Below, one piece after another: positions 14,726 to 28,384 of a DNA stretch of 64,000 bases. Location: positions 22,186,213 to 22,250,212 of the forward strand of contig OZ234493.1 of the NCBI GenBank assembly GCA_965153455.1. Direction: 5' to 3'. The notes under the pieces were generated by a model. It saw only the letters and a list, made by a program, of their open reading frames with translations, ran no database searches and was not told the origin of the DNA. Position 1 is the stretch's first letter. The number at the start of each line of letters is the position of its first letter. The position numbers and the translations under genes are program-made. The DNA is from Sphagnum compactum (Eukaryota).

Positions 14726-16487
14726 CACTACTAAAATTTCAGGTTTTTCAAACTAGATTTTCAAACCAAAAAGTACCCCAAAGTGATAGGGAGTCAAAAA
14801 ATCACTTTGCTTTTCTAAGACAAGTCAATTTTAACAAGTCCAGTATGACTAAGATGGTTTTTTTTACCAACCCCAAGGCGGTGCTTTTGATTAAGAAAAT
14901 TTATTAGTGGTAAAATGTGACATGTTGTAAGGTCATTTCAACACCCCACATGTCATCATTTGATTGGTCAAATCATAAGTCAATGAGTTAATAAATAAAT
15001 TTAAAATGTAGGTAGTAAGGTGATGACCTAACTTACCCTAAGCTAGTCTACCCTAACCCAGCCTAACCTAACTTATTTAATCTACCTAGTCACCATAGCT
15101 TCTAGATTTACACATAGGTTGCAAGTGTTAGAAATTGAACCTTTCACTTTCACCATAACAAACCAAGTCCTTACCAATGGACTACACCATCAAAAGATGT
15201 CAAATTTTGTCAAGTTTTTAATTTTCACATGTTACAAAATTGCAAGAAAATAGTTGGTTAAATCTAATGGCTAAATGCAATAGCTAAACTTAATGACTAA
15301 ACTTATTTAATGATTAAATACAATGGTTAAATTTAATGGCTAAACCTATTTAATGACTAAATTCAATGTTAACCTAATGGCTACACCTATTTAACGACTA
15401 AATCCAATGGCTAAACATACATGACTAAATACAATGGTTAAACTTATTTAATGACTAAATCCAATGGCTAATTTTAATGGCTAAACCTATTTAATGATTA
15501 AATTAAATGGTTAAACATATTTTAATTACTAAATCCAATGGTTAAACTTAATGGCTAAACATATTTAATGACTAAATAAAATGATTAAACTTAATTGCTA
15601 AACTTATTTATGACAAATTTGAATGGCCACATTTAATGGCTAAACTTACTTAATAATTCAATTGAATGGTTACATTTAATGGCTAAACCTTTTTAATGAT
15701 TAATTTTAATAGTTAAATTTAGTGGTGAAATGTATTTAAAGATTAAATTCAATGGCTAAATTTAGTGGTTAATCCTATTTAATTTGACTAAATTTAGTAC
15801 CAAAATTATTTAATGATTAATTCTAATGGCTATACTTAATGGTTAAACATACATAATGATTGAATGATTTTCTAGTTAATATAAACTAAGTGGCTAAATT
15901 TATTTAATGACTAAAAATAATGGCTAAACCTTAAATATATATATTTAATGACTAAAAATAATGGCTAAACCTAAAAATATATATATTTAATGACTAAATC
16001 TAACTAATTAAATTTAATGGCCAAATTTAGTAATATAATATAATGGTTAAATTTGGCTAAAATAGATCAAACCTATCAAGTAAATTTTATGGCTAAATGG
16101 GTTATAGGAAGGTGATTTGAAATGTAAGTAGGTAACCATGTGGGTAATTGGGTAGGTGAAAATATGTAGATTGATTGGTAGGTGGGTTGGTGTTTTTTTT
16201 AATAAACCAATAGTTATTTTGACTAAGCTTGTTTATTTGACCCTTTTGTAATTGGCCCTAATGATTAAAACATAGTCCTTTTGATTGAAATGGTTTTTTT
16301 GGGGTTGAATTTGACTAGGTGGCTATTTGACATATAGTCAAATCAATCATCATAGTCAAATTGATTAGTCAAAACATACCCATGTCATTTAGTATTTTGG
16401 CCTCTAGTCAAAACATACATGTTATTCAATCAAAAACAACCTTTCAATCAATGTACATAGTTTGGAAAACCTAGAATTCTAGTAATG
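14726..16487. mobile_element. Non-autonomous CACTA element carrying an internal minisatellite
   Basis: TIRs cactactaaaatttcaggtttttcaaacta and tagtttggaaaacctagaattctagtaatg, with ATT on both sides (14723-14725 and 16488-16490). Confidence 0.85.
15255..16100. repeat. Degenerate AT-rich minisatellite (~14-bp subunits in a ~43-bp higher-order unit)
   Basis: Repeating aaacctatttaatgact-aaatccaatggtt-aaatttaatggct pattern. Confidence 0.85.
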
Positions 16488-17863
16488 ATTTTTAAGTCTT
16501 TTACCCACCAAAGCTCCATCTTCATTTCCTTTTTTTGCCAAAAGATTATGTACAATTACATGTTTTCATGACCAAATTTTTAAATATCATTACCAAATTC
16601 CAATTCATGGCACATGCTTTCATGTAATAAGTTTTTATTGAAGAATAATTGTTCATGAAGTTTATTGACCATTTTTGCTGAAACTTGCCATTTACAAGTC
16701 ATATGTTTTAAGGCATATGTTTATGTTTCTTTTAAGTCATGTGTTCCTCTTCAAGGTAATATGTTTAATGCTTATAATTTTCATTTTAATATAATTTGAA
16801 ATTTAAGGGAAAATGTTTATTGAAAGAATGATTTAACAAAATTGGGTTCGAAAGATCATATGCCCAAAAGCTACTTGAGTATTTATTTCATAACAAACTT
16901 TGTGATGAACATTATGATTATTTTTGTCAATTGAATTTATTTTTATGCAAACTTTATAGCCAAAATTTATATTAAAAGAATTTACACTCTATAGCTAGTA
17001 GTCTAATCATTTTTGAACATGTGCAATAAATTGAAGTTACCTTAACATATGTTTTCTAGCTAGAAATACATCTTTCACTTTGAATTCACAATAGCCATTC
17101 ATTGAAAATATCAAAATTTCAACCAAAAAACAAAAGTATAAAAAAATTGCCCAAACCCCACTAATGCACCATCCATAACAATGCAACATGTTTTTGATTC
17201 ATTTGTGGTTCATCCACAACCAATTCCACCTTACTAACATATTTTGTTAACCTTCGTACTCCACCCACACAATACCAAGGTAACTAGCAATAACCTCTAT
17301 CAGTGGATAAGTATCATAGGCAAGCAAACAAGGAATGTGAATGGTTTCTATGTAGGTTCATATGTATGGAGGTAAATAGGTAAGGCATTTGGTGGTTATT
17401 AAATAGGTAATTGTATTTAGATGGTTAGTACGTAGTTGACTATTGTGGTTAGCTTTGTTCACATTGTGCATTAGTTCAAATAATGAATCAACGCCCACCA
17501 ATGCAAGATGTATGGTGTGTGAACATGAAACATTTTTTCATTATATTATTGTCAATGTTTTGACAATTGGTTTTTTGAAAAACATGTTTTTTTTGTGAAA
17601 ATTCAACTAATTTTGCTAATGTTTTGGGAAAATTTTTCAAGCTTTTTATGTCACAAAAAAGGAAACAAAAAACCATAAGTGTGAACTAGCACCCACAAGT
17701 GCACAAGTGTAGGATAAATATTATGTGAACAAAAAATATTGTTTTGTTGTATTTTAGTCCCATAACTAACCACGATGGTTAACAATGTACTAACAATTGA
17801 CATGTATCTACCTACATAGTATCCACCAAGTGCCTCACATACTTACATACATAGTAAAGTGGA

Positions 17864-18495
17864 TGCATGGTAGGGTGGACCAATTTTGGAGCAACGCAGT
17901 TCATTTTTCTACCACCTAAATGTGATTTTAATTACTATATTGTTTTGTACATTATGGAATTGTTAAATGGGATTCATTTTGAAATTATAGACTTCAATAT
18001 TTATGTAATGAAATTGATTGGTATGCAAAATATATAAAATTATAGGAGCTATGGACTTTTGAAATTGAAAATCAAGGTATGTAATGCTAGCAACAATTAA
18101 GTGAATGGACTTTGGTTTGGTTCTATGATGGACCTCAAAAACATTTAGGGAATTGGTTTTATTTTTAAATGTAGTAATGAAATCAAGCTGAAATGGTTTG
18201 ATCCATATCTAATGAATTTCATGATCTATGGACTTTTATTTGGTGAAAAACAAGCACATTTTCTCAAAAGTCCATTTTGTCTTTTAAAAAGCATGATTTA
18301 TTTTGAAATTTTGCAAGTATGTTTTAATTAATGAACTTTACAAGAAGAAAAGTTTTAATGGAAAAAAGTTGTTTGGAATCAATGCATTATTGCTACCTAA
18401 CTACAAAAAACATTTCGAGGCTCAAAAAAAAAACAAAGGAATTGGACTTTCAAATTTGTAAATTCCTGCCACTTTTTGGTCCACCCTACCACGCA
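17864..18495. mobile_element. TIR element (MITE) nested in another repeat
   Basis: tgcatggtagggtggaccaa (17864-17883) is a 19/20 inverted match to ttggtccaccctaccacgca (18476-18495). No clear TSD. Confidence 0.65.
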
Positions 18496-21454
18496 CTTAC
18501 CTAGTAACCACTTAGGTTACTTATTTATTTATTTACCATCTCATGCACCATTCACACATATTGATGTGTAGTTCATGGTAATGTCAAAAATAGTTATTGT
18601 TGTTCATATTTAAACACATAATGTCAACATGCTTATGTGGCATTTCAATTGTAAACTTATCATTGGTGGTAAGGTTGAAATTAAATTTAGTTAAAATTCA
18701 TGAGAAATATTTTTAAATTGATTTTTTTGCTTCTATCAATAGTCCTAATTTATCACCCTGAAAGCAAGGCACATAAATTAACCTTCAAGCTTGTCCTTCT
18801 ATCCATGGCAAAACTTAATTGCCTTAATTTGTCTTGAAAATCCACATCAAAACCCCACAACACTACAAGCACACATTTGCTATGTTTGTCACAAAGCTTT
18901 GCAATTCCACAGCATTGTACATTTTACACACACTTTCTTGGCTCCATTTATTGCAAAGTTCTACAAGTCCACAACATTACATGTTATTTTTCACTTTTGT
19001 TTATCCCAAAGCATTATGGTGAAGAAATTTACAAAGAAAAAAACACATAATAATCTCATCAAGAATCAACACCTTGGCATTTGTAAAGAATATTTGACAT
19101 TTGGAGCCAATGGTGAAGGTAAAAGTGGAGGATTGTTGAGAGTATGAGCATCACTTACCTTGCAAATTCCAAAAAGAAAACTATGAAGTTCAATAAATAA
19201 AAATCAAGGAGATTGAATCATCAATGCACTAATTCATGTGTGAAACCTACAAACTAATGATGATGCTAATTAAGTAGTGCTAGTACCAAATTTTGACACA
19301 CGAGAAAATCCACACTATGCAAAGTTAACATTTATCATGAAAGAATTTCCTACCAATGATGAACATCCAATACCACAACAAATTGATGCATAACAAGAGA
19401 AGGCAAATGTTATGAACCTAAATGAAGTCAACTGTAGTTTCCAACATGTCCTTTTCATGGTAATCTTTTTGACATTTTGACTATGTTTGTGATGTTTGCA
19501 CTACCTTTGACAACACCAATTAGACCTAGAAATGCACTTGGAAACACATGCATCAAGAACAAGCACACAAATGCATTTTTGTTGATGATTGAAACCATAA
19601 ACAAAAACACCAAATATATTATTGAAGCCATTGATCAAGAATCAAGCTCACACAACTAAGGATCAAAGAGCATTGGACCATGATCCATGAACACATAATC
19701 AAGGATTTGTTGAGTTACCTCAAGAAATGAAATAGAAAAAATTATAAGACAAACAAAAACATGGTAAATTTTCTTTCCAACCTCAACATTGCAATGTGCC
19801 ATGCATTCATTTAAGATAAAGCTCAAATGTTTCCTCCTTTAAATTTTGCTTTAGATTCCTCCAAAGGTGAAAATATAGAGGTTACACAAATTCAAGTGAC
19901 ACCAAATTTAGTTTGAAGATAACTAATTGAAATCGTATACTTGAAAATAATTAGGTGATACCATATTCAACTTCACAATAACTAGCCTTGCTAGTTATCA
20001 ACTCAATATCAATTCAAGAATTGGTCCAATCCATAATATTTTAGGATGTTTTGTACTTGCCATGTCAATGAACTTCCTTGCTACAAATGCAAATCCATGT
20101 TTAGAATGTCAATTACATCCTTTACATCTACTATTAAAGTATTGTTCAAGAACGATCTTATGACATATTCCTAAAACCTTTGTAATTCCAAATCAACACT
20201 CATTCCAAAAATACAAGACATCTTGTGGTGATGAAGTCAAGAAGTTCAATATGGTGGAACATGGCTTTATCCTCTAGAATTTGGATAAGAAATTCAAAAT
20301 TTGCATTTGGTTCAATGTTGTAACACAAGATGAAACATTTGTAAGTCTATAAAAGAACTTGAATGAGATGAATTAACAACATTAACTTTAGTGGTTTCAT
20401 TGTGAAATAACCACAAAAGAAGAACTACAACAACGATGCAACAAAAAAAATCAAAGATTTAAAAAGAAAGCTGAAGAACGTGAAAAAAATTAGATTAACA
20501 ATAGCAAAAGAACAAAACAAAAAATCTAAACCCAAAATCTGAAACAACAAATTGATTGTACAAACTTAGAACACAAAACAAACACATGCAAAAAACAATT
20601 CAAAAGAATGAGGAAACACAAGATATGAATAAAAAGGAATGTCCAAAAATCAAAATAAAATATGAAACAAAATACAACAAAAAAAAGCGAAAGTGATGAG
20701 TTGCATGAAGTTTTTCTTCTTCACATTTGAAGTTGAAAAGAGGAACACCAAGTCTACGACTTGTATTTGGCAACCTCAAAACCTTAGAACATTTAAAACC
20801 TTCAAAATCTTAAGACTTTGAAAACTTCAAATTATGTACAAACCACCCAAAAAAGGACAAAAGCAAATCACATATACAATTATATTGACCATTGGCACAC
20901 AAACAAAAGACATAAACTATTGCTACTTAGACTTTGAAGAAAAAATGCAAATTTGCTTGAAGATAGGTCATCAAGGTGGAATTAATTGTGGTATGAACCA
21001 CAATTGAAAAATATGGAAACTATTGGAACCCCAGTTGTTTCAAATGGATGGTGGACTAGTGGGTTTAATATAACTAAAATACTGATAATGTGGGTGCCAT
21101 GTCACATTATCCCTTTGCTTTAGTGGTTGTCCCCTATGTAATAATAACTAAAAAAATTGGGGTCAAACCCCAAGGTAATGATTTAGTGGTATAATCTATT
21201 TGGCACCTAAGGCTTCAAAAGATATTTTAGGTCTAATTCATTAATGTGCAAGTGAAAACCTTATTGCCCCTCTAGCATTAAGGTTGAATTGGGGGTGCCA
21301 ATGGTTTGTTGGTTGGGTCTATTATTGTGATTAAAAAGAAGACAAAATGGGGGCCAAAAGGCAATTAATATTTGAGAAATTTTTTTAATAGGTCATTTTA
21401 TGAAACATGCATTTTATTAAATTTGATTCATTATGCCCTGAGGGGTGTATGGTC

Positions 21455-23347
21455 CAAGGTTGCAAGGATGGATGTCTTTAATGCCTCTCCATGTGTCCCT
21501 AGTAACAATAATTTTTTTTTAAATGATCATTTTTTGGTTTTCAAACTTACTTTTTCTTATTGTCTTTAACCACTTGAAAAAAAATCGCAACATCCTTTAA
21601 TGTTTTCTTGACATTACCTGACAAGCATTGACATCTCCTTAAGATTGCTTAATGTTCCCTGATGTCTACATGGTGTTGTGTAATGCCACCATTGACCCTT
21701 GACATTTTCCCAACATCCCTTTGTCACCTGTGAAAAACAAAATCTTAATGTCTTTTGATGTTTTCTCAATGCTATTTGACATCCCTTGGCTTCTCCCTAA
21801 CATCTCTTTGATGATACTTGTGTCCATGAGTTTTCCTTAGTGTTGTTTAATACCCCCATTATCCCCTCGGGGTGTTCTTAATGTCCCTTCATCGCCCAAA
21901 CTTTTTTTTCTTACATTCATCAATGTCATCCTACCATCCTTCCATTATCTTTCAAGCTAAAATGAAATGTGTTAAACCATGGAATTTGGCAACCTAGTTA
22001 CTATCAAGGAAAAAGGTTGTCAAATAAAGAAAGGAATTAAAAAAAGATGAAAACACATGAAAGTAAGACTTGTTTATTGTCTACCTACCATCCTATGGCA
22101 GCTACTGTCTTATAGTAACTATTATCCTAGACATTTAACATCATCTGCAGACTTGAAAAAAGACCCACAACAGGCTACAAACCTTCGATAGTTGTTGCCT
22201 ACCATTTACAACATTTACAGACCCTTTATAGTTGTTGCCTATTATTTGTAGCACTTGCACACCCTTTGTGGTTGTTGCCTACCATCTACAACATCATTAC
22301 TTTCCTTGTAGACCTCAAATGTCATGTCTCCTTATTTGTTGTTGATTTCTAGTGGTAATTATTGTCCTATGGCAAAATGCACTTTCTATTCCAAAACTAA
22401 AACAAAGAGTAGATAATATTCTAACTTTATAGAAGAAAAGAAGAACTAATACATAATAGTAACAAACTGTATATAAACTTGATATGAACTACTCTCCCTT
22501 CCTTTATCACATTTTACTTGTAGAACACACATTAAGAAGAAACACTAAAATCCATACAAACTTCAACCATTTTCCATTACATAAAGACAAATACAATTTT
22601 TCCCCATGTTCTTTTCCTTATTCTCACACAAGAGTGTCACATACAAATCATCATTTTAATGCTAATGATTTAATCTTCTAATCTTATAATGAAATCTTCC
22701 ATTTCTCCCAAGAAATAAATAATGAACCTAAAAAGGATGCTCACCACACAAAGTTGCATATTTATCCTTTTAGATTTCCTTATGATCCTAAATCTTTTTA
22801 TCATAATCCCTTCCATACATCCTAGTTAAAGGAAATCCATCCATCCCTTATCCACTTGGACTAATTGATTTAAATGGATTCACCCCCAATAAATAGAAGA
22901 TGGTAAATAAGATATTTACCATTAGTAACTAAATAGTTATTATGATGCCTTTTTAAGGAAACTAAATTAGGATATTATTTCTAGTAACTAATATTACTTT
23001 TATTAGAATTTTTCCCATAATCACCTTTTGATATTTTATCCCATGAAGGTGTTTCATTGTATTGATAATATTATTGTTAGAAAACACTTTCAATCTAAAA
23101 TTCTCCTAAGATTGTTTTACCATCTGAAAGTAACTACCATCTAGTGACAATACTAATGTCTCTTAACATCAGTGATGTTTAACTAACAGATGACAACTTT
23201 CTAGCATTAACAAGATGTTTCCAAACCTAAAAAATATGCAAAACCTAAAAATTTACCACTTACATCCTTTTCAATACATCTTTTAAATATTAGTATGTCC
23301 TTAGGACATTGCAAGGACATTTTAAAAAAGACATGTTGGCAACCTTG
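21455..23347. mobile_element. Non-autonomous hAT-like element
   Basis: Ends caaggttgc ... gcaaccttg; the flanking 8-mers gtatggtc and gtataatc (6/8, both differences G/A) fit a decayed 8-bp TSD. Its internal tgtccc/gacatccc-rich repeat recurs at 39200-39790 and, inverted, at about 6360-6600. Confidence 0.55.
22181..22300. repeat. 40-bp tandem repeat, 3 copies
   Basis: Unit approximately accctttatagttgttgcctaccatttacaacatttacag. Confidence 0.8.
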
Positions 23348-23596
23348 GTATAATCCTTAGTCACTATCATGAAAGTCTTGAATTCAAACCCACTAACAAG
23401 TAGGTGAAAATGGTACCACATCTTTTACCATTGGTTTAATCTGAAGGTATTGCCAAAAGTTTGTTGTTTGACAATTTTGAAAATTTAAATGATTGGAATT
23501 GTCAAATTACAACAACCATAAAACACTAGCACAAAACATTTAATGTATTTGAAGGGCAAAGTATTTAAGAAAATTTCTCCTTAACAAAGGGTGGGG

Positions 23597-26500
23597 TTTT
23601 TTTTGGGCACAAATGAAAAAAATCATTATGAATAAAAAGGCACAAAGAGACCCCCACCCAAGGGCGAACACCACATGCAATCAAAGGACAAACCTAACTA
23701 ATAAACCCCTTTAGAGGTCATTGTAGCACCACCTAACATAGTTCAATCTAACACAAACCGCATAATTCTTACGCCAACTTTTATCAAAGGCTTTTAACAA
23801 CTTTTTAGTAAAGGGGACAATGTGATTGACTTCAAACACTTATCCCATGCCACTTTATCAAAGTCAATTAGGGCTTCCCAAATACTTTTTAAATTTTGAC
23901 CATGTGCCACTTTTCATTGTTAAACACCAAGTCATTACATGCAATCCATAAAACTCATAATATGATCCCTTTGATCAAAGACCATATTCTAGCAACGTTG
24001 GAGAATCGTTTTGTCCAGCTATGGTGACAAAGACATAATGTTTCCAATGTAGTGGGGTTACTTGTTGAGTTGGCCTTCTAGTCCCATTTACCAAGCCATT
24101 CATCATTTCTTGTGCATAGCCTTGAGCCCATTGGGCATGCTTACATTCCCAAAATCTGTGCAAAATATATTCATTGCAAAGTTCACACAAAAGGTAGCTT
24201 TTGTTGATTGACCCATCAACTATTGCCTTCCACACGTTCACTACAACTGGCTTGTTCCAAATTGTCCATATGAAATCAACCTCTTTCTTACTACAATGTT
24301 TGTCCCATATGTTAGACCACCTTAGCTTGAGATTGGATGGAAAAAGCTTTGCCCACTTCTTCAGTACAATGTTTGCCTTTGGTTTCGATGATCTAAGCAT
24401 TTTCCTCCCAAGAGCCAGGTTATAAGAAAGTAGAGTCTCCCTTCCTTTCCAAGAAGAAGCCTTAAGGTCTAGTTCCAAAGGCCCCATAGTGCTATATAAC
24501 ATTAAAAAGTGTAACTTTTTTGGCCCTTTGGTGACCTCCACCACTCTTACTTGGGCCATTACACCTTCACAATCTTTTAGTAGTCCCGCACTTTCATCCC
24601 CTAGGAGGGTCAAGGAATTGTGCTCCAATAGAATACAACTTCACCTCTTTCGTGATGTTTAATTATTGTGTGAAAGCTCCACACCTTGGTTTGAAATTAA
24701 GTGAAGCTTTGCAAGCAAAGAAGAAAGAAACTCATTCCTTATATACATACCTACCCCTCTCCTATTGGACAATGGCCATCATGTGTTTTGAATCCCCAAT
24801 TTTCTTTTAGTTTAATGATCATTTTGGCATGGTCTACTTCTTCTTCTAGTGGTAAAACAAATTTGTCCTTCATCTCTTCTTTAGATGTGAACCTTCTTTC
24901 AACAACAACCCAAACATCAGTAATAAAAATCCATCACAAGGAGTGCAACTCAGCACCGCTTCCTTTTGAGAAACCTTATACTAGTCATCCACAAAACTTT
25001 CAATAGCAGGGAGGAAGGTTATGATAAACAATATGTTGCTCTTTATCTTATGGTACTTTGTTAATGTATGGAAAAATTGGGACCAATGTTATGAGAAGAA
25101 GAAAGTTGAAGCCCTTGGGCTAGTGAATCCAACTAAGCCCTTAGAGGCTCTCGTTTCCAAATGGCTTCTACATGTTTTTGAGCCAGGAGATTTTAGTTTA
25201 CAAGAATTTCTTAGGTGCAAGTTGAGGAGATTTCAACCTCACAAGGCAAGTTAATGGGGCTTTGACCTTGAATGTGTGTGCAACTAGTAAAGCACAAACA
25301 AGCCCCAAGAAGGTTGGGGTTGTGGAATCGAGTGAGGAGGGCTTGGGCAAATATGGCAAAGGAGTTAAGGCCTAATTGGCCAACAACCTTAGAAAATGTT
25401 TTGGCAAAACAAGGTGGCTTAGCCAAGGGTGGGTTGTTTCGTAATGCAAAATGCATTTTTGTTTTTTTCCTAATGACATTAGGTGGATATTTGTCCGGGT
25501 ATCACAATATTATTATTTTTAAAATGTTTTTATTTAAGGTAACACCCTTGGGGCAAGCCATTTCTAAGATAAACACACCTTGGCTCCACCTTGGGTTAGA
25601 AGCTTCTTCCAAGATTACAGGAGAGACTCAACTTGCTACAGACTTCCCAAGTGGTGCAAGGCCTTGTTGCTCAGGATTACCATCTCCCATCTCTTGGCCT
25701 AATCGTAAACTTGTCTCTAGCCCACAGAGGACATCTCTTCTAGCCCCTTCCTCAAACCCTCAGTCACCGACACCTATGCGACTCATGAATGTTGTCAAAC
25801 TAGGAGTCAAACCAGCCCAACATTTAGACTCGCAACCCAAGTTGTCAGGGGGCCACCCTGCAAATGGTCGGGACTTGGGCCCCAACTAGGTGACTCCTCT
25901 CACTTGAGGGTCTGCCTAGAAGGGCATGTCAATCAACATGAATCCCAAGGGCCAAATTTCTTGGATTCCAGTAATTTCTGAAATTTTTGAACTGTCCACA
26001 ACACAACTGCTCTTCCAATGGGAAAGCACTTGTAGAAATTTCTTAGTGTATTTGGAGGTTAGCTTATAGCTTATACATATTACTCCTCATTTCAAGAATG
26101 CCCTCTCTCCTTTGGGCCAAGGATCTGTATGTCTACTTATCTTAAGAAGAAGACATAAGAACCATTCCCCTCCTATGCCTTTTGATCTCCATATGTTGAG
26201 GTTCATGGTAACCTTGCCTTAGGTCTCACCTTAGGCCCCTTATTCAGGGAATGCCTTTACCCTACACCAGTACCCAACATAAGGTTGTAGCTAAGTGGAT
26301 GAGATTTGGGTTTAGGGTTTATGGTGACACAGTGATGAATGGGTAATTTTTTATTTTCAAAACCCCTTCCAAAAAAGATGGGAAATCATAGGAGACATCT
26401 TACCCCTCATACCCTATATTATAGATGTGGATCCTTATGTGTAAGGTGACATCCTTCCCAAAGTGGCCTATTTTGCAAGGTAACCTCTTCTATTATTAAG

Positions 26501-26750
26501 CAAATTTACACAAATCTTGTTGACAAATGAAGTAACCTGAAATCCCTACAGAATGGAACACCTTCATTAAAAATATGACTTAGAATAGCAAGTTTCAAAT
26601 AAATTGTTGGATTATGCATCTTTCAACAATGATGCTAATAATTTGGGGCACCCCACACTTGGACTTAGTTAACCACACAATTTTGGATTGTCCAGGCTAA
26701 ATTAGGCCCAATGGGTAACTCCTGGAAATTTGGCCTCTACCAATGAGCCA
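23597..26750 (-). mobile_element. Degenerate L1-like LINE: zf-RVT region, inverted internal ORF2 segment, possible ORF1 remnant
   Basis: Minus-strand ORF 23975-24628 has a zf-RVT-like stretch WSNIW...FIWTIWNKPVVVNVW...CELCNEYILHRFWEC. Plus-strand 25060-25400 has the post-RT motif WDQCYEKKKVEALGLVNP...KWL. A short A-tail appears as T8 at ~23597-23604. Assignment of 25400-26750 is weaker. Confidence 0.8.
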
Positions 26751-28384
26751 GTGACACCAAATTGGAGAGACATGGTTTTAGTTATCCAAAAGCACCCACC
26801 CAATTACCCATTTTGGCCCAAAAGGTCAAGTTAGGATTGTACCTAATAACCAACAATTTGATAATTGGGTGTGAGGCCCACATGGGCAAGCTTCTGCAAA
26901 TGGAAATGGGGCCATGTGGGAGGGGAGCTGGGGAGCTGGGGAAGTAGGTTGCAGGCAATGGTGGAGCTTCTTAGATCAGCTCATCAAACTTTCAGCTGCA
27001 AGTAAGTAGCTAAAAACCACATAAAACCAAACCCTAAATTTAGCTTCTTTAAAGTTTTGTTGGATCAAAACTTTAACCCTAAACCAAACCTGGCAAAGTT
27101 TTATTATTGCAAGACAAAACACAACCAAAGAATGAAATGGAAATTGGAAAAGTCTTTTTTGGATTACTTGTTGTATGGTATATAATAAGAGTTAGGGTTT
27201 ATTGGATGTTGTTTGGTTGTACTATATGAAAGCTAATTAGGTACTATGATGGCCCCTTCTTCTGCCTCCCTTTCTGAGCTGGGAGTCAGCCCATTGGTTG
27301 CAACAAAGCCAAGCATAAATCACTCAACAAGATTTCCTCCTTGTGTATTTGGAAGGCTACCTTTATATTTATATACAGATTCAATGATGCCTCCTCAAAA
27401 TCTGGAGCCATCTTGCTACTTAGTAAGTAGTCTTAGTGTCTCCTGAACTAGGGTTTAGGCTTATGGTAACTTTCATAAACCCTAAACCCTCCTTATGTTT
27501 AGGCTTATGGTAGCTTTCATGAACCCTAAACCTTGGATTATTTAAGCATGACACAAGTGTTATTTTGAACTCAAACATGCATAGACTGCAAGGTGGAGGA
27601 AAGGGAGGGTTCTTAGTAGTTTTGATGGGTTCCAAAAAAAAATTAAAATTTTTAAATAAATAAATATTTATTTAATAATTAATGTTTAAATTGATTTTGA
27701 TTTTGGTTGCAGTTCTAAAAATAGACCTAGTTTTAATTCAATTCTGAATAATCTTGACCAAAATTGATAGTTAACTATTAGGTTACCTCCAATTAACCCT
27801 TGGTTCTAGTTTTTTTTTTTTTTTTCAAAAATCTTACATCTAATTTTGATTTTGGTTCTTAAAAAAATAAAAGGACGTAGCTTTAGTTCCCAATTCTAAT
27901 TCCAAAAATCCGACCTAATTCTGGTTTTATGTTTATTAATTGGAATCAATACTGACCATTCTAACTTGACAAACTAAGTACCCACCTAACACTAGTTGAA
28001 GAAAAGTGTCCCCTCCCCCATTGAAAGCCATTTCAAATATAATTGAAATGGTTTTTGACACATTTACAAAGTTTCAAAAATTTAGTTAGTGCTGAAAATG
28101 TCTGTTATATTTATATATATATATATAAATTTGGATAAGTTTGAAAGTGATCCAACATAGATTTTAAAATATCTTTCAAAAAAAAATTAAACTCATGACC
28201 ATTTTTTTCCATGCTTAAAAATTAATGAAACAATGTAAAAAATAATTTAAAACATTATTTAACCAATCTTGTGTTGCCACATCAACTTGTCATGATTATT
28301 TTAAGAATTATTAACAACTCTTTTTATTTAGTTTGCACCCCACCTTTCTTCCTAGAGTATACTATGCAATTCCTTTCACAAGGT

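Noticed and set aside
18800..20400. Possible second Mutator/SWIM relic
   Set aside because: Only a vague GNTC..H-like segment; too degraded to support a call.
25272..25889. 205-aa ORF as a host gene
   Set aside because: A chimera: its N-terminal part is the inverted LINE ORF2 block and the rest reads through into unrelated or antisense sequence.
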